Source of the DNA: Cloacimonetes bacterium TCS62
GTDB taxonomy: Bacteria > Cloacimonadota > Cloacimonadia > Cloacimonadales > TCS61
Assembly: GCA_001577185.1 (NCBI GenBank)
Contig: LSCM01000002.1
Location: 1-27,981 of the forward strand
DNA length: 27,981 nucleotides
Direction of reading: 5' to 3'
Below the pieces are notes generated by a model. That model had not been told where the DNA came from, did not search any database, and saw only the letters and a list, made by a program, of their open reading frames with translations. The position numbers were made by a program, and so were the translations under genes. Every line of letters starts with the position of its first letter. Positions within the stretch are counted from its first letter, which is position 1. Positions 17,977 through 25,307 of this stretch are shown here, piece after piece.

Positions 17977-19011
17977 ATGAATGTTATTAAATTTGGTTTG
18001 ATTGGTTGTGGTAGAATTTCTGTAAAACACTGTGAAGCAATAGAGAAGATCGATAATGCAAAGATCGTTACATGTGCGGATATTATAGAAAAACGTGCTT
18101 CAGAAACTTCGGAAAAGTTTAATATTAAAACTTATTACAAAGATTATAAGACAATGTTGGAAAATGAAGATATTGATTGTGTTCTGATTTGTACTCCAAG
18201 TGGGCTACATCCACAAATGGCTGTAGAAGCTGCAGATAGAAAAATCAATATTGTTACAGAAAAACCAATGGGAATTGATCTAAAATCTGCTGATGAAATG
18301 GTGCAAGCTTGTGATGAAAACGCTGTTGAATTATTTGTAGTAAAACAAAATCGTTTGAATCCTCCCATTCAACTGCTAAAGAAGGCAATTGATAAAAATA
18401 GATTTGGTAGGTTGTTCAGTGCAAATATCACAGTCCGTTGGACTAGACCACAAGAATATTATGATATGGCAAAATGGCGTGGTACTTGGGAGTTTGATGG
18501 TGGTGCTTTTATGAATCAAGCTTCACATTATTTTGATCTTATGCAATGGTTAATGGGTCCTGTTGATTCTGTGATGTCATTTACCGCGACTAATAATCAT
18601 AAGATAGAAACTGAAGATCAAGGTGCTGGTATTATTCACTTTCGAAATGGTGCAATTGGAGTAGCGGATGTAACGATGAATACGTATCCAAAGAATTTAG
18701 AAGGCTCGATTACAATTATGGGTGAAAATGGAACTGTTAAGATTGGTGGGATTGCTGTAAATAAAGTAGTTCACTGGGAGTTTAAAGAGTATGATGATGA
18801 TGATAAATTGATCGAGACATCGAATTCTGATCCAACCAGTGTTTATGGCTTCGGACACTTAGGATATTTACAGAATGTTGTAGATGTATTAAATGGACAG
18901 GATACTCCAAATACGGATGGACGCAGTGGAAGAAAATCATTGGAGCTTATTCTAGCATTATACAAGTCAGCTAAGATCGGTCAAAAAGTTGCATTACCAT
19001 TGAAGATTTAA
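17977..19011 (+). CDS. Gfo/Idh/MocA family NAD(P)-dependent oxidoreductase (WbpB / sugar-nucleotide or inositol dehydrogenase-like)
   Basis: 344 aa. It has an N-terminal Rossmann motif (KFGLIGCGRIS), the EKPM motif (VTEKPMG) and a C-terminal alpha/beta domain (WRGTWEFDGGAFMNQASHYFDLMQWL). An AAAGGAG SD lies at 17958-17964. Confidence 0.85.
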   Translation: MNVIKFGLIGCGRISVKHCEAIEKIDNAKIVTCADIIEKRASETSEKFNIKTYYKDYKTMLENEDIDCVLICTPSGLHPQMAVEAADRKINIVTEKPMGIDLKSADEMVQACDENAVELFVVKQNRLNPPIQLLKKAIDKNRFGRLFSANITVRWTRPQEYYDMAKWRGTWEFDGGAFMNQASHYFDLMQWLMGPVDSVMSFTATNNHKIETEDQGAGIIHFRNGAIGVADVTMNTYPKNLEGSITIMGENGTVKIGGIAVNKVVHWEFKEYDDDDKLIETSNSDPTSVYGFGHLGYLQNVVDVLNGQDTPNTDGRSGRKSLELILALYKSAKIGQKVALPLKI

Positions 19012-19029
19012 ACGATAAAGGAGACTAAT

Positions 19030-19917
19030 TTGTTAGTTCAAGAATATTTTAAATCTAGAAAAGAAATTCTCGAAGATGCTTTGGAAAAATATTTAGCTCC
19101 CTCTGATACTTATCCATCTGAGTTAAATAAGGCAATAAGATATAGTGTATTTAGTGATGGTAAGAGATTAAGACCGATTATCTTCTTTGCGACTTATGAG
19201 ATGCTGATCGGTCGTAAGAACATTAGTCGTTTAAGACGATTATTACCAGCTGCTTGTGCATTGGAATTGGTTCATACTGCATCCTTGATACATGATGATC
19301 TACCTAGTGTAGATAACTCTGATGAACGGAGAGGAAAACCGAGTTGTCATGTAAAATTTGGAGAAGCTACAGCCATTTTAGCTGGGGATGCACTGATCAC
19401 AAAATCGATAGAGATCTTAACCAAATTAAAAAATAAAAAAGAAGCTATCAAATCTATTGAGATATTAACAAGAGCAATTTCAACTCGTGGAATGATCGGT
19501 GGACAAGCTGTTGATATAATCTCAGCAAAAAAGAAAACGACTAAAAGTACATTGCGTTATATCCATTTGAAAAAAACAGGTTCTTTATTACAAGCAGCAA
19601 CTGAATTAGCCTGTATGTTCCAAAAAGCAGAAAATAATTTGCGCATTACTTTGGGTAATTTTGCTCTTAACTTAGGGTTAGCTTATCAAATCGTTGATGA
19701 TATTCTTGATGAAGTAGGTAGCTTTGAAGTTCTGGGAAGACAACCAGGAGGAGATTCGAAAAACAAGAAAGCGACTTATCCCTCTCTATTTGGTTTAGAA
19801 AAATCAAAGAAGAAAGCTGAAAAACTTTTAAGAGATTGTTATAATGCAGTCAAGAATATAAAAAACAATGAGATTTTACTAGAATATGTTAATATGATTA
19901 AAGAACGTTTACCATAA
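19030..19917 (+). CDS. Polyprenyl diphosphate synthase, probably geranylgeranyl diphosphate (C20) synthase
   Basis: 295 aa. It has a TTG start with an AAAGGAG SD at 19017-19023. The first Asp-rich motif, with the bacterial-type insertion, is LIHDDLPSVDNSDERRG; the second is QIVDDILD. KRLRP and GQ..D are also present. Small residues (Ala84, Ser85) sit at positions -5/-4 before the first motif. Confidence 0.85.
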   Translation: MLVQEYFKSRKEILEDALEKYLAPSDTYPSELNKAIRYSVFSDGKRLRPIIFFATYEMLIGRKNISRLRRLLPAACALELVHTASLIHDDLPSVDNSDERRGKPSCHVKFGEATAILAGDALITKSIEILTKLKNKKEAIKSIEILTRAISTRGMIGGQAVDIISAKKKTTKSTLRYIHLKKTGSLLQAATELACMFQKAENNLRITLGNFALNLGLAYQIVDDILDEVGSFEVLGRQPGGDSKNKKATYPSLFGLEKSKKKAEKLLRDCYNAVKNIKNNEILLEYVNMIKERLP

Positions 19918-19919
19918 AA

Positions 19920-20744
19920 ATGTCTTATTTGAGGATATTAAGACCATTAAATTGTCTCTTTGTTTTTGTAACAGTCCTTTGTGGCGCTTTCATCCAAGCA
20001 TACACTTACAAAGTTTTCCCGGTTATTTTTTCTGCTATCTCCGCTATGCTGATCGCAGGTGCAGGATATGTCATTAATGATTATTTTGATTATCCAATTG
20101 ATAAGATAAATAAACCATTTAGAGTACTGCCCAGCAAAAAGATCAGTTTGAAAAGAGCATATTTCTATGCAGTTGCCCTTTTTGTTTTAGGAATTGTATT
20201 CTCTTTTTTTACTTATAGAATTGAATGCGTAATTATAGCAATAATAAATACTTTTGTACTGTTTACTTACGCAAAAAAATACAAATTTACTCCACTGATT
20301 GGTAATTTACTTGTATCTTATGCGGCTGCAAGTACTTTTGTTTATGGAGGTTTGAGTAATCATAATTTGAAGAATAGTTTGATAATAGCCTTTTTTGCTT
20401 TTTTATATACTTTGATTAGAGAATTGGTAAAAGATTGTGAGGATATTGATGGAGATAACAAGTTTAATGCTAGAACATTAGCGATAGAAGTTGGCAAAAA
20501 AAAAACTATTTTAATTAGCATTATACCCGGTTTATTTATTTTTGCTTTCAACTATTATTTGTTCCTCTCTGGGAATTTCTCAAAGATAACATTTATCTTT
20601 ATGAATTTGCTTGTAATTGTTCCTCTAATCTATTTTATAGTTACATTGTTAAAAAATATTAAAAAAAAAAATCTCTCACGAATTTCGAAGTTAATTAAGA
20701 TTGATATGTTAATTTTATTAATAATTTTATGGTTTGGGAAGTAA
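19920..20744 (+). CDS. UbiA-family membrane prenyltransferase, digeranylgeranylglyceryl phosphate (DGGGP) synthase-like
   Basis: 274 aa, multi-pass hydrophobic. The two Asp-rich UbiA motifs are YVINDYFDYPIDKINKPFRVLPS and LVKDCEDIDGDNKFNARTLAIEVG. It lies between a GGPP-type synthase and a GGGP synthase, with gaps of 2 nt and 1 nt. The superfamily call is firm; the DGGGPS-specific assignment rests on motif form and context. Confidence 0.75.
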   Translation: MSYLRILRPLNCLFVFVTVLCGAFIQAYTYKVFPVIFSAISAMLIAGAGYVINDYFDYPIDKINKPFRVLPSKKISLKRAYFYAVALFVLGIVFSFFTYRIECVIIAIINTFVLFTYAKKYKFTPLIGNLLVSYAAASTFVYGGLSNHNLKNSLIIAFFAFLYTLIRELVKDCEDIDGDNKFNARTLAIEVGKKKTILISIIPGLFIFAFNYYLFLSGNFSKITFIFMNLLVIVPLIYFIVTLLKNIKKKNLSRISKLIKIDMLILLIILWFGK

Positions 20745-20745
20745 T

Positions 20746-21492
20746 ATGAAAACTTATAGAAAACTAGTTTCATTAGCAAAGAAAAGAGCTAATTATTTTT
20801 GTTTGATCGATCCTGATAAAATGGATAAAAAAGAATCTGTTAAATTTGCTAAAAATTGCGAGAAGAATGGTGCTGACGGTATTTTAGTGGGTGGAAGCTT
20901 GATGATAAATAACAATTTTGAACCAAATTTAAAGATGATCAAAAAAAGCGTTAACATTCCTGTTCTTATTTTTCCTGGAATCTTTAATTTTGTTTCTCCT
21001 TATGCAGATGCGTTATTATTGCTCAGTGTCATTACAAGCAGGAATCCACAAATGTTGATCGGTGAACAAGTTCGTGCTGCCCCATTGATCAAACATTACG
21101 ATTTGGAAGCAATTGGCACAGCATATATGTTGATCGAATCTGGTAATCATACATCTGTTAATTTTATGAGTGGAAGCATGCCATTACCAAGGAATAAAAA
21201 TGATATTGCGGTTTCTCATGCTTTAGCTGGGCAATATCTGGGGATGAACCTTATCTATCTGGATGCAGGTAGCGGAGCAAAATATTCGGTAAGTAATAGT
21301 ATGATTTCAGCTATCCGCAAAAATGTGTCATTACCAATTTTCTTAGGTGGTGGTATAAAAACTCCAGAAGAAGCAGCGCAAAAAGCTAGAGCTGGTGCGG
21401 ACTTTATAGTAACAGGTAATATCCTGGAAGATAATAATGATCCTAAGTTGATTAAAGAATTTGCAGATGCAGTGCATCAAGTAAAACGTTGA
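20746..21492 (+). CDS. Geranylgeranylglyceryl phosphate synthase (GGGPS / PcrB family)
   Basis: 248 aa counted from the ATG at 20746 (the track's TTG at 20734 overlaps the upstream gene). TIM-barrel family landmarks are CLIDPDK, GADGILVGGS, IPVLIFPG, LIYLDAGSGA and LGGGIKTPEEAAQKARAGADFIVTGN. Confidence 0.88.
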   Translation: MKTYRKLVSLAKKRANYFCLIDPDKMDKKESVKFAKNCEKNGADGILVGGSLMINNNFEPNLKMIKKSVNIPVLIFPGIFNFVSPYADALLLLSVITSRNPQMLIGEQVRAAPLIKHYDLEAIGTAYMLIESGNHTSVNFMSGSMPLPRNKNDIAVSHALAGQYLGMNLIYLDAGSGAKYSVSNSMISAIRKNVSLPIFLGGGIKTPEEAAQKARAGADFIVTGNILEDNNDPKLIKEFADAVHQVKR

Positions 21493-22283
21493 TGATTGAT
21501 ATTCATACACATATCCTGCCCAATATTGATGATGGTTCCAAAGATTTAAAGACATCGCTCAGACAATTGGAACTGATGAGAAAAAACGGAACTATGAAAG
21601 TAGTTTGCTCACCACATTTTCTTAGGAACACATTTCATAATACTGCCGATAAAATTGATAAAAAATTTAAGAAGTTACAAAATGCAGTAAATAAAGAAAA
21701 TATCGATATCAAGCTTGTTAAAGGTGTGGAGTTATATTTGGATGATAAAGCATTGGAAACTATTCAAAGTGAAAGATTTTGTATTGAGAATACAGATTAT
21801 ATTCTAGTAGAAACATCTATGACACAGTTTCCTGCAGATCTTTATGAGATCCTTTATCAGCTGGTTAAGGCTGGGTACAAACCGATCATGGCACACCCGG
21901 AAAGATATGGCTCGATAATAAATGATAACGATCTGGCAGAAGATCTAATGTATAAAAATGTTTATTTGCAAATGAATGCAGGAAGTTTATTTGGACAATA
22001 TGGGAAAAAAGTAAAAAAAACAGCCTGGAATTTATTAGAAAAAGGATATGTTCATTTCCTAGCCTCAGATAATCATTGCAATAATAATGAATATAATCTA
22101 CAAAAGGCTTATGAAATTATTGCTGAATATATTGATGAATTTACTGCAAAATTATTAACCAAGGTTAATCCTGAAAAGATGTTGAAAAATGAGATAATTG
22201 ATTACTTCTATCTTGATTCAATGGAAATAGAATATAAAAACATATTCCATAAATTTATCAGTAAAATAAAGAAAATCTTATGA
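21492..22283 (+). CDS. PHP-domain metal-dependent phosphoesterase (CpsB/YwqE-like)
   Basis: 263 aa counted from the ATG at 21492, which shares its A with the GGGPS stop (TGATG). The N-terminal MIDIHTHILPNIDDGSKDL, plus SPHF, AHPERY and ASDNH, are the His/Asp metal ligands typical of CpsB-type PHP phosphatases. Confidence 0.8.
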   Translation: MIDIHTHILPNIDDGSKDLKTSLRQLELMRKNGTMKVVCSPHFLRNTFHNTADKIDKKFKKLQNAVNKENIDIKLVKGVELYLDDKALETIQSERFCIENTDYILVETSMTQFPADLYEILYQLVKAGYKPIMAHPERYGSIINDNDLAEDLMYKNVYLQMNAGSLFGQYGKKVKKTAWNLLEKGYVHFLASDNHCNNNEYNLQKAYEIIAEYIDEFTAKLLTKVNPEKMLKNEIIDYFYLDSMEIEYKNIFHKFISKIKKIL

Positions 22284-23254
22284 AAAAAATTTTGATAACT
22301 GGTAGTAGTGGATTTATTGGTAGGAATGTAACAAAAAAGCTTGCTAAACAAAATTATGATATTACAGCGATCATTCGGCCGGAAACAGATTCAAATAGAA
22401 TTCAAGGATTCGCTGATTCTATACGTTTTGAAGAGATCAATCTAGCACGAATAAATTCATTAAGAAATTTTCTTTCAAATAATTCTTTTGATTTAATATA
22501 TCATATCGGGGCACTTCGGGGTGGAAGAAAATTTTCAAAACAGGATTTTTATACTACGAATGTAAAAGCCACAGAGCAGATAATTATTTCAGCTTTAAAA
22601 AATAATACTAAGCTTATATTTTGCTCTTCTGTGGGAATATTTGGAGCAATACCGTATCGATTACCAGCTGACAATAATACAAAACGGAAAGCAGATAATT
22701 ATTATCATTACACAAAGATTCAAGCAGAGAAATTGATCCAAAAATATGTCAAGCAAGGACTGAATGCTGTAATCGTGCGTCCTTCAATTACTTATGGAAC
22801 AGGTGATTACGGATTCCCCTATACATTAACAAAATTAATAGATAAAAAACTTTTGTTCTTATCAAAACAAAAGATAAAAATCCACCTTACAAATATTGAT
22901 TTTCTTTCTGATGTGTTCACCCAGTTAGCGAAGTATCAAATAAGTTCAGGTAGATCTTATATTGTTGCAGATGCAAAACCAGTTGAGATCCACGAACTTG
23001 CAGATTTTATTAATAATGAAATTAATAATACTGATTATCCCAAATATAAGAATATCAACAGAAAATTTTTTCGTTTAGGAGAATCAATCTCAAGACTTCT
23101 TGGTAGTGAACTTTGGACTTCAAGATTTGAGCTCATATCAAGAGATTGGTTCTATAAGATAGATGATGTTCAAAACGATTTTGATCTTAAACTTCCAAAT
23201 ACAATTCCTGCTTTTAAGATCGTAACAAATTGGTACAAGAAGGAAGACAGATAA
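22280..23254 (+). CDS. NAD-dependent epimerase/dehydratase family (extended SDR) protein
   Basis: 324 aa. It has the Rossmann motif KILITGSSGFIGRNV and the catalytic YxxxK (YHYTKIQAEK). Its start overlaps the upstream stop (ATGA). Confidence 0.85.
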   Translation: MKKILITGSSGFIGRNVTKKLAKQNYDITAIIRPETDSNRIQGFADSIRFEEINLARINSLRNFLSNNSFDLIYHIGALRGGRKFSKQDFYTTNVKATEQIIISALKNNTKLIFCSSVGIFGAIPYRLPADNNTKRKADNYYHYTKIQAEKLIQKYVKQGLNAVIVRPSITYGTGDYGFPYTLTKLIDKKLLFLSKQKIKIHLTNIDFLSDVFTQLAKYQISSGRSYIVADAKPVEIHELADFINNEINNTDYPKYKNINRKFFRLGESISRLLGSELWTSRFELISRDWFYKIDDVQNDFDLKLPNTIPAFKIVTNWYKKEDR

Positions 23255-23256
23255 GT

Positions 23257-24093
23257 ATGGCTATACCTATTATTCAGAATTGGAAAAATTACTTCAAAGA
23301 TCCTGATGAAGGACTAGGCTCTTCTTACGAGAGAGTTATCCTCAATGGAAAATTAGTTCAGATCTGTAAATATTTTGAGGCAAAGAATATTTTGGAAGTT
23401 CCAAGTTTTGGATTCACAGGTGTCTCTGGTATCAATAGTATGGAACTTGCAAAAAGAGGATATGATGTGACTATTGTAGATCATGATAAAAATCGCCTAA
23501 AACAAATTAATGATCTTTGGGCGGATCTAGAGTATAAACTTATTTCGAAATTTATAATAGACTATTTTTTTCTACCTTTTGATAATAATGCGTTTGATCT
23601 AAGTTGGAATTTTTCTGCGCTATGGTTTACCAAAGATCTGGAAAAATTCTTAGCTGAACTATCTAGAGTTACAAAAAAGGTGATCTTTCTTTGCGTACCA
23701 AATAGATCCGGTTTAGGTTATTTAAGTCAAAAGTATTTTGGGAAAGATTATCTTAATAAAAATGTGTTTGAAGAAAATATAAAACCAAAAAATATAAAAA
23801 AGACGATGAAAAAATTGGATTGGCAATTGATTAGTTCGAACTTTATTGATTGTCCACCTTGGCCTGATATTGGTATGCCTAAGGAAAAATTTCTCAATAA
23901 GTTTGGTCTAAATTCAAGGCAAAAAGAAAAGAAAAGAAAATCGATTTCGATTTTAAAGTATTATCAGGGTGAGGATGAAAACTTTCCTGCAAAAATGATG
24001 AAATATTCATGGTTAGAGACTTATGCACCATCGTTCATCAAGTATTTTTGGGCTCATCACAAATATTTTTTATTTATACCAAAAGGAAAATGA
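23257..24093 (+). CDS. Class I methyltransferase-fold protein (degenerate SAM motif I)
   Basis: 278 aa counted from the ATG at 23257, 2 nt after the upstream stop and preceded by AGGAAG. Motif order resembles Methyltransf_11: ILEVPSFGFTGVSG (motif I-like), YDVTIVDHD (post-I acidic), FDLSWNFSALWF and KKVIFLCVPN. The Gly-rich loop is atypical, so the function is uncertain. Confidence 0.5.
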   Translation: MAIPIIQNWKNYFKDPDEGLGSSYERVILNGKLVQICKYFEAKNILEVPSFGFTGVSGINSMELAKRGYDVTIVDHDKNRLKQINDLWADLEYKLISKFIIDYFFLPFDNNAFDLSWNFSALWFTKDLEKFLAELSRVTKKVIFLCVPNRSGLGYLSQKYFGKDYLNKNVFEENIKPKNIKKTMKKLDWQLISSNFIDCPPWPDIGMPKEKFLNKFGLNSRQKEKKRKSISILKYYQGEDENFPAKMMKYSWLETYAPSFIKYFWAHHKYFLFIPKGK

Positions 24094-24115
24094 TAAATTT
24101 TTTGAGGTTATATTT

Positions 24116-24313
24116 ATGAAGATTAAGTTTTTTTTAAAAGCATCTATCCCGTTCGGTATTATTTTGTTTTGCTTATATTTTTTTATTCCCTTTTTTAGAA
24201 GAGGCCAAACACTTACGCAAATTGTAATTAAGGTGATAGTTACTGCCGTAGTTTATGGTATAGTAATGTTACTAATTAGAAAGAAAAAAAATAATTCAGA
24301 TGAAAATGAATAA
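24116..24313 (+). CDS. 65-aa two-helix membrane peptide, unknown function
   Basis: Counted from the ATG at 24116 (MKIKFFLKASIPFGIILFCLYFFIPFF..VIKVIVTAVVYGIVMLLIRKKK), with GAGG upstream. The track's upstream extension overlaps the previous gene. It has two hydrophobic segments and a basic tail. Confidence 0.5.
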   Translation: MKIKFFLKASIPFGIILFCLYFFIPFFRRGQTLTQIVIKVIVTAVVYGIVMLLIRKKKNNSDENE

Positions 24314-25307
24314 AGATAAGATCAATTGGCTTTTAGGTATTTCTCTGGGAATAATATTTCTTATTGCCTGGATTCATATTGTAGATTGGCATGAATTTGT
24401 AAGTTATTTTGAAGAGTTCAGGCTAACTTATGTAGTATTTTTTTCTATATTTTATATCATAGCTTATTTTTTCCGTAGTTGGCGCTGGAAAATAATTATG
24501 AAACCGATCTTTAAGATGACTTTTTATGAGAGTTTTAGGCTTTTTATGACTGGTTTGATGGTTAATTATCTGATTCCAGTACGGGCTGGAGAACTTTCCA
24601 AATCGTTAATATTAAAGAATAAACATAATGTTCGAATATCTAAAAGTTTACCAACAGTTTTTCTTGATAAAATTACTGATCTTTTTCCGATAATAATTAT
24701 CATGATATTGATCCCGCAGATTTCAATTCAGCTAAATGTTACTTTAAAGCTCATTATTAGTGCTCTCTTATTGATATTCTTGCTCTTTATAGGATTTTTA
24801 TTCTTTGCTGTAAGTCATAAGAAAAAAGCAACTTCGTTTCTACATTCTCTTTTGAAAATATTACCTTCAAAATATAGACGAAAATTGGAAGATTTCTTTA
24901 CAAATTTTGTTGAAGGTATGGGAATTATGCGGAACCGAATTGCAGACAATATCAAAGTATATCTACTTACAATTTTAGCTGTATTTTCTGAAGCAATTTA
25001 TATTTATGCAGTATTTCATGCTTTTGGTTCAACTATTTCTTACCCCAAAATTTTATTTGGTTATACATTGATGAATCTTACGTACATACTACCAACACCA
25101 CCTGCTCAAATAGGTTCTAACCAATTTATGTGGGTATTGATCTTTGGTTATGCTCTAGGAGCTAATGAAAATTTAACAAGTGCTGCTGTCACATTTTCGC
25201 ATCTTCTAACTACGATCTGGATCTTTTTGATTGGGGTGATATCATTGATTACATTAAAACTGGATTTTTATGAAATAGTTAAATTAAAAAATAATGAGGT
25301 AATATGA
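24300..25307 (+). CDS. UPF0104 / lysyl-phosphatidylglycerol-synthase-TM-region-like (flippase-like) integral membrane protein
   Basis: 335 aa, about 8 hydrophobic segments. The family-typical FRSWRWKIIM and YLIPVRAGELSK motifs are present. It overlaps the 65-aa ORF by 14 nt. No C-terminal aminoacyl-transferase domain is present. Confidence 0.7.
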   Translation: MKMNKDKINWLLGISLGIIFLIAWIHIVDWHEFVSYFEEFRLTYVVFFSIFYIIAYFFRSWRWKIIMKPIFKMTFYESFRLFMTGLMVNYLIPVRAGELSKSLILKNKHNVRISKSLPTVFLDKITDLFPIIIIMILIPQISIQLNVTLKLIISALLLIFLLFIGFLFFAVSHKKKATSFLHSLLKILPSKYRRKLEDFFTNFVEGMGIMRNRIADNIKVYLLTILAVFSEAIYIYAVFHAFGSTISYPKILFGYTLMNLTYILPTPPAQIGSNQFMWVLIFGYALGANENLTSAAVTFSHLLTTIWIFLIGVISLITLKLDFYEIVKLKNNEVI

